64,000 bases of DNA from Longimicrobiales bacterium. Lineage in GTDB: Bacteria > Gemmatimonadota > Gemmatimonadetes > Longimicrobiales > Gaopeijiaceae. Under the pieces are notes generated by a model. It had not been told where the DNA came from. It saw nothing but the letters and a program-made list of their open reading frames with translations, and searched no databases. Each line of letters opens with the position of its first letter. Position 1 is the first letter of the stretch. The position numbers and the translations under genes were made by a program. Below are positions 9,976 through 20,073 of this stretch, one piece after another. Location: assembly GCA_965248195.1 (NCBI GenBank), contig CBDFIQ010000002.1, positions 1,632,001 through 1,696,000 on the forward strand, read 5' to 3'.

Positions 9976-10968
9976 GTGATTCCTCCGAGAACCGTTCGCA
10001 CGAGTCTTCTGACGGTCCTTCTTCTTTTGCTGGCCACCGCCGCGCTCGCGCAGGAGCGCCTGAGCACGGTCGAGTTCTACAGCCCGGCGGTGGACCGCAC
10101 GATGAAGTACAACATCGTGCTTCCGGCCGAATACGACAGCTCCGACGAACGCTTTCCGGTCCTCTATCTGCTTCACGGCCTGAGGCAAAACTACACGACC
10201 TGGAGCCGCCAGGGTGCGCCGGTCTACGCCGGGCTCTTCAGCGATCTGATCGTCGTGATGCCCGACGGAGGCAACTCGTGGTACATCAATTTTGCCGAGA
10301 GCGGGGGAGGCCAGCGAAACAACTGGGAGGACCACATCGTCCAGGACGTGGTCGGCCACGTGGACAGGAACTACCGAACGATCGTGCGTAGGGAAGGGCG
10401 TGCGATCACCGGCCTGTCAATGGGAGGGTACGGAGGCCTCACGCTCGGGCTGCGTCACCCCGAGTTGTTCATCTCGATCGGGAGCACGAGTGGCGCGCTC
10501 TCCCACGGACGGGACGCCGCCCGAAGCTTGAGGGGCGAGCCAGTGCCACGTCGCGCCGGTCGTCAGCGCTCGCCCGAAGAACAGGCGGCGCGGGACGAGC
10601 GTGACCGCCGGCCCAACCCCGGTATCGGCATTGAGGGATTCAGCAGTCAGGTAGAGCGAAGTCCAAAGGGTCGGCCGTTCCTGACCGCCGAAGACGCGGA
10701 TGCCTACGATCCCTTCAAGCTGATTCATCAGGTTGGCCCTGAGCAGCTCCCGCACATCTATCTGGACAGCGGCACGGAAGACAGGCTGATTCGCGAGGCG
10801 CGGGAGTTCGCACAGGTGTTGCTCGAGAAGGACATCCCCTTCGACTTCATGCAGATGCCCGGTGGTCACGACGGGGCCTACTGGACCCAATCGGTCGGGC
10901 ACATCATGTCGATCCAGTACGAGGTGATGCGGCGCGCCTTGGGGCAGAGACCGGTCCGAGAGCGGTAG
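9976..10968 (+). CDS. Secreted esterase (alpha/beta hydrolase, putative esterase family)
   Basis: SD AAGGAG before GTG 9976; signal peptide; PVLYLLHG, GLSMGG nucleophile, GTED, PGGH. Confidence 0.88.
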   Translation: MIPPRTVRTSLLTVLLLLLATAALAQERLSTVEFYSPAVDRTMKYNIVLPAEYDSSDERFPVLYLLHGLRQNYTTWSRQGAPVYAGLFSDLIVVMPDGGNSWYINFAESGGGQRNNWEDHIVQDVVGHVDRNYRTIVRREGRAITGLSMGGYGGLTLGLRHPELFISIGSTSGALSHGRDAARSLRGEPVPRRAGRQRSPEEQAARDERDRRPNPGIGIEGFSSQVERSPKGRPFLTAEDADAYDPFKLIHQVGPEQLPHIYLDSGTEDRLIREAREFAQVLLEKDIPFDFMQMPGGHDGAYWTQSVGHIMSIQYEVMRRALGQRPVRER

Positions 10969-11101
10969 GGCACGCAAGTCGGACCGGTCTGGTCAGTGTG
11001 GTGGCCGAGTCCTTTCCTGGCACAGGGCTCGGTCGTCTACGTGTGTGATGTTGATGGGGCTGAGCCAGGCTCGCCGTGTACCCAAGTCAGAAAGAGCTTA
11101 C

Positions 11102-12085
11102 ATGAAATCAGCATTGTATGAGCAGTTCGGGCCCGCCGCCGAGGTTTTGACCGTCGGTGAGCTGGAAGATCCGCAGCCGGGTCGGGGCGAGGTGTTGGTC
11201 CGTCTGCACGCCAGCGCCGTGAATCCTTCCGATGTGAAAAAGCGTGCCGGCTCGTTTCCCGGTTTGTTGGACGATGGCTACGTGATCCCGCACAGCGATG
11301 GGGCTGGCATAGTCGAGGCGGTCGGCGAAGGCGTCTCCAGCGACCGCGTTGGCGATGGCGTCTGGGTCTATCAGGCCCAGTATGGCCGGCGCTTTGGGAC
11401 GGCCGCCGAGCTCGTCGCAGTGGGTGACGAGCGAGCGCCCCTGTTGCCGGAGGGTGTGAGCCATGAGGTAGGGGCCTGCCTCGGTATCCCCGCTATGACG
11501 GCGCATCGTTGTGTGTTTGCCGATGGACCGGTGGCAGGCCAGACGATCCTGATCACTGGTGGTGCGGGCCGCGTCGGCCACTATGCGGTCCAGTGGGCGC
11601 ACCACGCGGGCGCTCGCGTCATCGCGACGGCGAGCAATGAGGATGACGAGAAGGCCTGCACCGAAGCCGGCGCCGATGCGGTCGTCAATCACCGCGAGGA
11701 GAACTGGTCGACGGCGGTTCTGGCGGCGAATGACGGCCAGCCCCTCGACCGCGTCATCGAGGTCGAGTTCGGCGCGAACTTGGCCGAGGTGCTGAAACTC
11801 GTGCGTACCGGTGCCACGATCGCAACCTACTCCTCGACTCAGGTCCCCCAACCCAAGCTGCCGTTCTACCAGATGATGTATCAGGATCTGAGGATCCGGC
11901 TCGTCATTGTCTACGCGATGCCAGAGGAGGCAAAACAGCAGGCTATCGCCGATATCGACGGGGCGTCGCGCGCGGGCAGGCTCCAGCATAGAGTGGCGCA
12001 TGTGTTTGAGTTGGATGAGATCGCAAAGGCGCATGCACTGATCGAGGACGGCGGTTTTCGAGGTTGCGTGGTGGTCAGGCCCTGA
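11102..12085 (+). CDS. NADPH:quinone reductase (MDR superfamily)
   Basis: VNPSDVKKRAG, PHSDGAG, ITGGAGRVG Rossmann motif. Confidence 0.9.
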   Translation: MKSALYEQFGPAAEVLTVGELEDPQPGRGEVLVRLHASAVNPSDVKKRAGSFPGLLDDGYVIPHSDGAGIVEAVGEGVSSDRVGDGVWVYQAQYGRRFGTAAELVAVGDERAPLLPEGVSHEVGACLGIPAMTAHRCVFADGPVAGQTILITGGAGRVGHYAVQWAHHAGARVIATASNEDDEKACTEAGADAVVNHREENWSTAVLAANDGQPLDRVIEVEFGANLAEVLKLVRTGATIATYSSTQVPQPKLPFYQMMYQDLRIRLVIVYAMPEEAKQQAIADIDGASRAGRLQHRVAHVFELDEIAKAHALIEDGGFRGCVVVRP

Positions 12086-12093
12086 TCCCCGCA

Positions 12094-14082
12094 ATGACAC
12101 AGACAGAGGACAAAACCCCGACAGAGGACAGGACCCCGATAGACGACAAGATCCTGTGGCGGCCATCGCCCGAGCGTGTGGCGGCGTCGGTATTGGCCGA
12201 GTTCGCGAACCGCTATGGTCCCTATTCGGGGCAGGACTCCTTCGATTATGGCGGGCTGCATCGCTGGTCGATCGAGCACCCGGAAACATTCTGGCAGAGT
12301 GTCTGGGAGTTCGGCGGCGTCATCGGTGAGCCCGGTGACACGGTATTCGAACCCGGCGCCGATATGCGCACGGCGCGCTTCTTTCCCGGCGCGACGCTGA
12401 ATTTCGCCGAGAATCTCCTGCGCCGCTCGGATTCGGGTGAGGCGATCGTCGTGCTTGGCGAGGATGGTCGCTGCCGGCGCGTCAGCTGGCGGGAACTGAA
12501 TGGCGAGGCCGGTGCGTTGTGTGCCTGGCTGGACGAGGTCGGTCTGCAAGCCGGCGACCGTGTGGTCGCCGTGCTGCCCAACATCGCCGAGACAGTCATT
12601 GCGATGCTGGCTACCAGTGCGTTGGGCGGGGTCTTCTCGTCGGCATCCCCGGACTTCGGCGAGCGGGGCCTGCTGGACCGCTTTGCCCAGGTCGATCCGA
12701 AAATCGTGATCGCCTGCGACGGTTATCAATACAACGGCAAGACGCTGGATATTCGTAAGCGGATCAGCGCTGTCGTGGAGCGGTTGCCGACCGTGGAGCA
12801 CGTCGTGATCGTGCCGTATATGGATCTCGGCGTGCCCGACGGCATGCTGGACTGGCGTGATCTGCTCGACGCACGGCGCGGCCGGACCGTACATTTTCGC
12901 TCACTCCCGTTCGATCACCCGCTCTATATCATGTTCACCAGCGGCACGACCGGAAAACCGAAGTGCATCGTGCATCGCGCCGGTGGGACTCTGCTTCAGC
13001 ATCTCAAGGAACATCGCCTGATCGTTGGGCTGCGCCCCGACGAGAGGGTTTTCTACTTCACGACCTGTGGCTGGATGATGTGGAACTGGCTGGTGTCGGC
13101 GCTGGCCTGCGAAGCGACGCTGATGCTGTACGACGGTTCGCCGTTTTATCCGGACGGAAACCGCATGTTCGATTTCGTACAGGATGAAGGCGCCATTTTT
13201 TTCGGCACCTCCGCGAAGTTTATCGACAGCGTGAAGAAGGCCGGGCTGAGGCCGGCCGAGACCCATACCTTGCCGGACCTCGAGACCCTCGCGTCGACCG
13301 GCTCGCCGCTGGTCCCGGAGAGTTTCGACTTCGTCTATGAGCATATCAAGAAGGACGTGGCGCTCGCTTCGATCTCTGGTGGTACGGATCTCTTGGCCTG
13401 TTTCGTAGGACCGAATCCGCAGGGGCCCGTGTATCGCGGTGAAATTCAGGGGCCGGCGCTGGGCATGGCGGTCGAGATCTGGAATGACGCCGGCGAACGG
13501 GTTGTCGAGGAGCTCGGCGAGCTGGTTTGCACACAGCCCTTTCCCACCGTGCCGCTTCACTTCTGGAACGACCAGGATGGCACGCGCTTCAAGGCCGCCT
13601 ACTTCGACAAGTTTCCGGGGATCTGGTGCCACGGCGACTTGGCGCTCGAGACCCGGCACGGCGGCTACATGATCGTGGGCCGCTCCGACGCCGTGCTGAA
13701 TCCCGGCGGCGTGCGCATCGGTACAGCCGAGATCTACCGCCAAGTCGAGCAGCTCGACGCGGTGCTGGAGGCGGTTGCGGTCGGACAAGAGTGGGAGGAG
13801 GACGTCCGCGTGGTGCTGTTCGTTGTTTTACGCGAAGGCCTGGCCCTCACCGAGGCGTTGACGCACGAGATCAAGACGCGTATCCGTGCCGGTGCGACAC
13901 CGCGCCACGTGCCCCAGGTTGTGTTGGCAGTGGGGGACATTCCCCGCACCAGGTCCGGCAAGATCACCGAATTGGCCGTCCGCGATGTCATCCATGGGCG
14001 CGAAGTCAAGAACGTCGAGGCGTTGGCAAACCCGGAGGCACTGGAGTTGTTTCGTGATTTGGAGGCGCTTGCTGCTTCTTGA
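12094..14082 (+). CDS. Acetoacetate-CoA ligase
   Basis: LNFAENLL, FTSGTTGKPKCIVH, TTCGWMMWNWL, SISGGTD, GRSDAVLNPGGVRIGTAEIY, RSGKITELAV. Confidence 0.95.
   Translation: MTQTEDKTPTEDRTPIDDKILWRPSPERVAASVLAEFANRYGPYSGQDSFDYGGLHRWSIEHPETFWQSVWEFGGVIGEPGDTVFEPGADMRTARFFPGATLNFAENLLRRSDSGEAIVVLGEDGRCRRVSWRELNGEAGALCAWLDEVGLQAGDRVVAVLPNIAETVIAMLATSALGGVFSSASPDFGERGLLDRFAQVDPKIVIACDGYQYNGKTLDIRKRISAVVERLPTVEHVVIVPYMDLGVPDGMLDWRDLLDARRGRTVHFRSLPFDHPLYIMFTSGTTGKPKCIVHRAGGTLLQHLKEHRLIVGLRPDERVFYFTTCGWMMWNWLVSALACEATLMLYDGSPFYPDGNRMFDFVQDEGAIFFGTSAKFIDSVKKAGLRPAETHTLPDLETLASTGSPLVPESFDFVYEHIKKDVALASISGGTDLLACFVGPNPQGPVYRGEIQGPALGMAVEIWNDAGERVVEELGELVCTQPFPTVPLHFWNDQDGTRFKAAYFDKFPGIWCHGDLALETRHGGYMIVGRSDAVLNPGGVRIGTAEIYRQVEQLDAVLEAVAVGQEWEEDVRVVLFVVLREGLALTEALTHEIKTRIRAGATPRHVPQVVLAVGDIPRTRSGKITELAVRDVIHGREVKNVEALANPEALELFRDLEALAAS
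12102..12155 (+). repeat. 18-bp degenerate tandem repeat x3 at the 5' end of the ligase (TEDKTP/TEDRTP/IDDKIL)
   Basis: GACAGAGGACAAAACCCC / GACAGAGGACAGGACCCC / GATAGACGACAAGATCCT. Confidence 0.8.
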
Positions 14083-14097
14083 TTTGGAGGCGCTTGC
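14055..14097 (+). repeat. 18-bp direct repeat overlapping the ligase stop codon
   Basis: TGATTTGGAGGCGCTTGC at 14055-14072 and 14080-14097. Confidence 0.9.
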
Positions 14098-14136
14098 ATA
14101 GATAGACTAGACCATAGGCTGGCCGATCGCCGCGCC

Positions 14137-15414
14137 TCACTGCTTAGTCGCTGTCAACGTTCCGACGTCCACCCCCTCCAAAAACACCGTCATCGTCGAC
14201 GGTCCCGTCGAGCTCAGGCCACCGATGATCTCCCACCGACGGACCTCCGGCTCGCCTTCTGGTGTCATGGCCCCCGTGGGTTGCTCGATGAAGGTTTCCA
14301 CGCTCGTGTCGGAGACCGTGCCGGTGGTCCAGGAGTCGTACGGTCCCAGCACCCAGTCACCCTCGAGGAAAGTGGAGAATCGTGTCCCGGTGTCGTCGGG
14401 GTCTTCGGTCAGGCGGTTGAAGTACAGCTCCCAGTCCAGCGTAACCGCGACACCCTCGACGGTCCCCGTGGTGCGGTAGAGACCCTCGACGGGATCATCT
14501 ACATCGCCGATGACCCGAAGGTCGGTTTGTGCGACGGTCATGCTACCGAAAAACCCCCACCCGCCCTCGAGATTGTTGATGAAGCCGCGGCCAGTGATCT
14601 CCAGATTGAACGAACGCAGCTGGTCGTAGAAGTTCTGGTCCGCGTATGCGACCGTAGCCGCATGAAGGCGGCCCGCGTTGAAGAGATCCTGCGGATCTTC
14701 GTCCCCGAGCGCCTCGAGGTCCTCGAGCACGTCGAGGAGGTCTCCGGGCAGCGTGAGCTCGGTCGCGTCGGCCCAGAAGAGCGAGCTTGTCGACGCGGCC
14801 TGCTCCAGCGTCTCGACGGCGGGTCGTTCACGGATCTCCACGATGAGCACGCGGCCGCCGTTCGGCTCAACCGAGGCAAGGAGCGTATCGGCATCGCGGT
14901 TGAACTCGAGTACCGGTCCGGGCACGATCACGGACTCGCCCCCGGCCTCCAGGACCATGCGGTTCGTACCGGGAACGACCGTGCGACCCGTCACCCGGTC
15001 ATCCCCTGAGACGACGAGCAAGTCGAGCGTGTCCCCCGCGCGAATCGTCGGACATGCAACCGGAGCCCAGTATGCCCCGGGCTGGAGGCGATCCGGTGGC
15101 CCAGCGCTCTCGAGGAGAGAGACGCTCGCGCCACAGAGGTCGCCCGGGAAACTCAGGTTCGCGATCGTGACGTCCGCGCCCTCGAGCGGCACGGCTACGC
15201 CCGTACCCGGGAGAAGACCCGTGTCGATTTCGCCGATCGTTCCGTTGAACGTGCGTTCTACCAGAATCCACTGTTGCGACTGGTCGGATCGCATGACGCC
15301 CTGCACGACCACGATCGTCTCGGGTGGATCAACGGGTGGGTCCGTGGGACTGTCACCGAAGCCGCAGCCGACGCTCCAGAGCCCGAAACCGGAGACGAAA
15401 GCGACCCGGCGCAT
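14137..15414 (-). CDS. DUF4249-like lipoprotein partner of the TonB-dependent receptor
   Basis: Lipobox-like SVGC; IVVVQGVM...ILVERT; FINNLEGGWGFFGS; directly downstream of the receptor. Confidence 0.7.
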   Translation of the reverse strand: MRRVAFVSGFGLWSVGCGFGDSPTDPPVDPPETIVVVQGVMRSDQSQQWILVERTFNGTIGEIDTGLLPGTGVAVPLEGADVTIANLSFPGDLCGASVSLLESAGPPDRLQPGAYWAPVACPTIRAGDTLDLLVVSGDDRVTGRTVVPGTNRMVLEAGGESVIVPGPVLEFNRDADTLLASVEPNGGRVLIVEIRERPAVETLEQAASTSSLFWADATELTLPGDLLDVLEDLEALGDEDPQDLFNAGRLHAATVAYADQNFYDQLRSFNLEITGRGFINNLEGGWGFFGSMTVAQTDLRVIGDVDDPVEGLYRTTGTVEGVAVTLDWELYFNRLTEDPDDTGTRFSTFLEGDWVLGPYDSWTTGTVSDTSVETFIEQPTGAMTPEGEPEVRRWEIIGGLSSTGPSTMTVFLEGVDVGTLTATKQ

Positions 15415-15452
15415 CCAGACTCGCCCTCCGAGCCGATCAAACTCCAAGGCGA

Positions 15453-17756
15453 TCAAAACTCGAACTCCACGCCGAAGCTCGGGAGGAACGGCAACTGTGG
15501 CACGGTCTCCCGCACGCCCGGTGTTTTCGTGAAATCGAAGTTGTACAAGAAGACGTTGGCGCGATTGTAGAGATTGACGAACTGCAGGAACGGATGGGCC
15601 ACGCCACCCCACGGCCCCTTTTCCCAACGGAAGCTCACGTCGAGTCGCGAGTAATGTGGATAGCGCCTGCCGTTGAGTTGCAGGTCCGCGATCGGCTCCC
15701 TCTCGAAGTCACGGAACCCGTTCGCGGCGACCCTGTACGTGCGATGTTCCCACTGGCCGACGATCTGCGAGTAGGGAAGGGGGGAGCCGTATCCCCACCG
15801 CATGCTCATCTCGCTCCCGAAGGGACCGGAACCGTTGACCACCAGGTTCAGGAAATGCCGTCGATCGTGCGCCGGCGCGAACTCCTGGGTCGGGTCCTGC
15901 CGCATGGCTTTCCCTAAGCTGTAGGAGATCCATCCGTTCCAATCACCCGAGTATTTCCTGAGGAGGACGTCGAGTCCGTAGGCATTGCCGGTCATCGTCA
16001 CGAACTCATCGCCGCGGACGGACAGGTCGTCCGCGACGTTGGTGTTCTGAATGTCGTCGAACGTCTTTCGATACCCCTCGACGGTGAGAGAGAGGTCCGG
16101 AGCGAACCACCGTTCGAACCCGAGCACCAGATGATCGGAACGACCTACGGGCGTCAACGAATCGGCCCCGATCCAGAAATCGACGAAGGACCAGGGGCTG
16201 TTGTGATCGCGCAGGGAGTGGATCGACTGGTAGTAGCGCCCCGCGGATCCCGTGAGCGCGAAGTCTTCCGTGACGAACCCCTTGATGGCGACCCGCGGCG
16301 AGTAAGTCACGACGTCGGCGCCACCCCGGACGGCCTCCACGCGCACCCCGGGGCGGAGCATCAGCCAATCGGTGGGACGCCATTGGTCGTCGATGAACGC
16401 CGACCAGACCCGCGGTCGATAGCGCAGGTCCAGGAACGAGGCACTCAAAGCCGCGCTGCCGGCGTCGTACTGCATGTGGTAGTCCTCGACGCCGCCACCC
16501 ACCCGCACGTCGTGCGATCGCCCCGGTGACAACGACAAGGCGGTTTGGGCGGTGAGCAATCGGGCGTCGTTGTCGATCCGAGCGAAATCGGGAAACAGAC
16601 CGACGGTCGTCGAGAACTCCGTGATACTCACGCCCAGTTCGAGCGGCTTTCCGAAGAGCCAGTCGTCGTAGTCGAGGCCCAGTAGTCGGTTGCCCCAATC
16701 GACTCTGAGCGTGACCCCTTCGACGTCCGGGTCCGAATTCCCGAATTCCCAGTCGAGGACGTCGCGACCGATATACCCGGTCGCCGTCAGCGCCCCACCC
16801 GTAGGCAGCTGAAAAGCGAGTTTCGCCCCCCCGTCGCCGAAGTAATACGGCAGCTCGCTGCTCGTGAACAACTTGATGACCTGGTCCGCATAGGTGCGGC
16901 GCCCCGCCACGAGAAATGTCGAGTTTCCGAATGGAAGCGACCCTTCGACCAACACCTTCGACGACAAGAGGGAGATCTGTCCCATCACGCCGAACTCCGG
17001 GTTCCCCGGTCGCGTGCGCACGTCCAGGACGGAGCTGAGACGTCCGCTGTAGTGGGAGGGGAAGCCCCCGGTCAGATATTCGATGTCGCCCACGGCCTGG
17101 GCGTCGAACGTCGAGAACAAACCCCCGAGGTGGGAGGGGTTGAATATCGTCACGCCGTCGAGCTGGATCAGATTCTGATCCACCTCGCCCCCGCGCGCGT
17201 TGTAGCCGACGGTGTAGTCATTGATCGCGCCGGTGCCGGGAAGCAGCTGGATCATGCGGATGACGTCCGCCTCCAAGAACGTAGGTGTCCTCAGAATGTC
17301 CCTGGCGTCGACGGTCACGGCGCTGGCTTGCGCCGACTGCTCAAAGCGCGCGCGTGCCCTGGCGGCGGCCGATGTTTCCACCAGGATCCCGGCCAATTCC
17401 ACGGCGCTCGTCTCCAGGAACACTTCGACGGAGTCGGTGCCGACCGGGACGAGGAGCGTGTCGGTCGCAATCCCGAGCCGAGAGAACACCAGGCTGAATT
17501 CACCTCCGGGCAATCCACCCAACGCGAAGAACCCGTCAGGGTCCGTGACCGCCGTGCCGGAAAACCCGGAAACTTCCACCGAAACACCCTCGAGCGCCGA
17601 GTCGTCCTCAACGGCGCGAACGGTCCCAACGAGGTCACGAGTCTGGCCTGCCAAAGGCTGGGGAACCACGGCGGCGGCGACGACGAGACCGGCCACCGCC
17701 ACAACGAAACCGGCCGCCGCCACAAAACCGGCCACGGTCGTGAGGTGTTTCAGCAT
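15453..17756 (-). CDS. TonB-dependent receptor with N-terminal carboxypeptidase-regulatory-like domain
   Basis: TDPDGFFAL; plug EADVIRMIQLLPG..RGGEVDQNLIQLDG; YSGRLSSVLDV; barrel ends GVEFEF. Confidence 0.92.
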   Translation of the reverse strand: MLKHLTTVAGFVAAAGFVVAVAGLVVAAAVVPQPLAGQTRDLVGTVRAVEDDSALEGVSVEVSGFSGTAVTDPDGFFALGGLPGGEFSLVFSRLGIATDTLLVPVGTDSVEVFLETSAVELAGILVETSAAARARARFEQSAQASAVTVDARDILRTPTFLEADVIRMIQLLPGTGAINDYTVGYNARGGEVDQNLIQLDGVTIFNPSHLGGLFSTFDAQAVGDIEYLTGGFPSHYSGRLSSVLDVRTRPGNPEFGVMGQISLLSSKVLVEGSLPFGNSTFLVAGRRTYADQVIKLFTSSELPYYFGDGGAKLAFQLPTGGALTATGYIGRDVLDWEFGNSDPDVEGVTLRVDWGNRLLGLDYDDWLFGKPLELGVSITEFSTTVGLFPDFARIDNDARLLTAQTALSLSPGRSHDVRVGGGVEDYHMQYDAGSAALSASFLDLRYRPRVWSAFIDDQWRPTDWLMLRPGVRVEAVRGGADVVTYSPRVAIKGFVTEDFALTGSAGRYYQSIHSLRDHNSPWSFVDFWIGADSLTPVGRSDHLVLGFERWFAPDLSLTVEGYRKTFDDIQNTNVADDLSVRGDEFVTMTGNAYGLDVLLRKYSGDWNGWISYSLGKAMRQDPTQEFAPAHDRRHFLNLVVNGSGPFGSEMSMRWGYGSPLPYSQIVGQWEHRTYRVAANGFRDFEREPIADLQLNGRRYPHYSRLDVSFRWEKGPWGGVAHPFLQFVNLYNRANVFLYNFDFTKTPGVRETVPQLPFLPSFGVEFEF

Positions 17757-17904
17757 TTCAGTTCCACGTCGGTGCATTCCGTTTCGATCCCAAATGTCCG
17801 AAAGGCGGATCATCCTACTCGTCATGGCCCGACTTGCGCGATACGCCGACCCCGGAGAAGGTTGTGCCGTCGACCTTCAATCCGTTCCCATTCTGGATCC
17901 GAGC

Positions 17905-19071
17905 ATGAAAAACCGAACCGACGTCTTCGCCAATCGTGTATTCCGTGTCTGTCTCACATCTTGCGCCGTCTTCGCGCTCGGGGCGGTGCCGGCGGTGCCC
18001 GCCGAAGCCCAACAGCGGGTCGGCTCACCGGAGGATGGTAGGGCGAGCGATCCTCCGACGCTTCGAAGGAACGTCCGCAACATCCTGGGCGGTGTTCCCA
18101 TGACGGCGGCGGACAGCATGCACCAGAGGGTCGTGCGCCTCCTCGACTTCGACAGTTATAAGGAGCTCGTTCGTGGGCTGACGCAGTTCGGCGACCGCGA
18201 GCAGGGCACCCCACGCAACGCGGCAGCGGTCGACTGGATCGAGCAGCAGCTGCGGGGCTGGGGTTACGAGACCGCCCGCCTCCACTACATGTACACGCCA
18301 CGGGCAGATGAGGATGCCGAGCCGCCTGCGCCCGAGCCCCGAGAGGAGGTGTACGCGACCAAGATCGGGAGCTCGAACCCGAGCGCGATGTACATCGTCA
18401 GCGCGCACATGGACGGGCGGGGCGGGGGGGAGGCCGCCAACGACGATGGTTCGGGCACAGCGCTCGTGATGGAGATCGCACGTGCTTTGGCTTCCTCGGA
18501 TGTCGCCTCCGATGTATCCATCCGCTTCGCGCTCTGGAACAACGAAGAGACGGGGCTGAACGGGGCCGGAGCGTACGTCGAGCAGCGTGCGGAGCTTCAG
18601 GGCATCGAGACCCCGGCCGGGTCGGGGCAGTATCCGGAGCCGCGGTGGCTCGGCATGATCCAGCACGACATGATGATGTGGGACCACGGCAACCCCGTGA
18701 CCTTCAATCAGTCCTTGGACGCCGACGTCGACGTCGAGTTCCAGCTCAACTCCACTTACGCCGGCCGGTCGGCCGAGCTGGGGCTCGTGCTCATCAACGC
18801 CAACCGCTTGCACGCGACGGACTATCCGGCCGTGCTCAGCAACGCGATGAGCAATACCGACTCGACGCCCTTCATGAACTTGGTCCCTGCAGTGAGCCTG
18901 CGTGAGAACCGGCGCCTCTACGAGACCGGCAACGGGGCGAACCCGCACTGGCACCAGACCACGGATTTGTTCGAGACGTTCTCGGACGCGGACTTCACAC
19001 TCGGGTTGAACGCGGCGCAAACGACGCTCGGGGCGCTTGCCAAGCTGGCGGGGATTCGCATCAAGAACTGA
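17905..19071 (+). CDS. M28 family peptidase, secreted
   Basis: SAHMD, ANDDGSG, NNEETGL, QHDM, HWHQTTD metal-binding motifs. Confidence 0.9.
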   Translation: MKNRTDVFANRVFRVCLTSCAVFALGAVPAVPAEAQQRVGSPEDGRASDPPTLRRNVRNILGGVPMTAADSMHQRVVRLLDFDSYKELVRGLTQFGDREQGTPRNAAAVDWIEQQLRGWGYETARLHYMYTPRADEDAEPPAPEPREEVYATKIGSSNPSAMYIVSAHMDGRGGGEAANDDGSGTALVMEIARALASSDVASDVSIRFALWNNEETGLNGAGAYVEQRAELQGIETPAGSGQYPEPRWLGMIQHDMMMWDHGNPVTFNQSLDADVDVEFQLNSTYAGRSAELGLVLINANRLHATDYPAVLSNAMSNTDSTPFMNLVPAVSLRENRRLYETGNGANPHWHQTTDLFETFSDADFTLGLNAAQTTLGALAKLAGIRIKN

Positions 19072-19192
19072 CGGGTTCCTACTGCCGTCGGTTCGCCGAC
19101 TCCGGCGCATGGACTCCGGCGGCTGGCTGCCAGCGACGCTGGTACGGTCAATTCGGTGGTGTTAGTCGAGGGCCGAGAAGCTCACGCCGCGG

Positions 19193-19948
19193 TCACCAAA
19201 GGTCGGGGAGGAGGCGTTCGCGTCCCGGCGCCAACTGCACGTCGAACGTCTTGAGCGTGATGTTGATGAATCCGTAATAGCCGACCAGACCCGCAAGGTC
19301 CATCACGCCCCGTTCACCGAATAGCTCAAGTGCGTGATCGAACGTCGCCGAAGTCACTTTCTCCTCGCTGACCACCTCGCGCACGAAGTTAATGATCGCC
19401 CGCTCCTGTTCGCCAAGACCCGGGATCTCACCCGCCATGTCCAGGTCAGCACGGCGTCGGACGAGGTCGATGAGCTCCGTCTCCAGGCCGGCACGTTTCC
19501 CGGCCGGTTCGTGCGCTGACCACTCGTACTGGCTCCGGACCTCCCGCGCCGTGGCGAGAATGACCAGCTCGGTGAGACGCTGGTCCTTCTCGGTCCCGTA
19601 GCGTAGGTAGGTGCTGGCAGGGAAGACGTGCTCGGCCATTAGCGGACTGTAAGCCCACATTCCGATCGGCCCGCGAAGACCGGAGGAGTACCGGCTGTCG
19701 GGGTTTACGATGAGGTCGAAGGCGCGCTGCCCGTCGGCATCGAGGGTCTCTCGCCGAAGCAGGGGAAGTCGTGCCCATGAGTCCTCGAAGATATCGTCGG
19801 GGATGTCATCGGCCGCCACGACCGATGAAGATGGCGTCCGCATGGTCCCCGTCGCCTGGGTCGACTCGCCCGCGTCACTGAATGAACAGGCCGACAACGC
19901 GACCACCGATACGCCGCCAACGATCCACACTAGACCGCGCCACGGCAT
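19193..19948 (-). CDS. Carboxymuconolactone decarboxylase/AhpD-like lipoprotein
   Basis: SD AAGGAGG; lipobox LSAC; ELVILATARE..QYEWSAHE, GVMDLAGLVGYY. Confidence 0.8.
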   Translation of the reverse strand: MPWRGLVWIVGGVSVVALSACSFSDAGESTQATGTMRTPSSSVVAADDIPDDIFEDSWARLPLLRRETLDADGQRAFDLIVNPDSRYSSGLRGPIGMWAYSPLMAEHVFPASTYLRYGTEKDQRLTELVILATAREVRSQYEWSAHEPAGKRAGLETELIDLVRRRADLDMAGEIPGLGEQERAIINFVREVVSEEKVTSATFDHALELFGERGVMDLAGLVGYYGFINITLKTFDVQLAPGRERLLPDLW

Positions 19949-19972
19949 ATTGAGCCTCCTTTTCGGTTCAGA

Positions 19973-20073
19973 TGGTCTCCACATGCTCCTAGTCTCCAGA
20001 TGCTCATCATCTCCAGATGCTCTTAGTTCCACACGCTCATAGTCTCGACACGCTCATAGTCTCCACACGCTCA
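19973..20073. repeat. 17-bp intergenic tandem array, ~6 degenerate copies (TAGTCTCCACACGCTCA)
   Basis: Units read directly; no spacers; the last unit includes the stop codon of the upstream MBL gene. Confidence 0.9.

Noticed and set aside
17221..17904. Long N-terminal extension of the M28 peptidase overlapping the TonB-dependent receptor
   Set aside because: Antisense read-through; the signal-peptide-like region starts at ATG 17905.
19973..20073. CRISPR-like array
   Set aside because: Units are contiguous with no spacers, are only 17 bp, and no cas genes are present.
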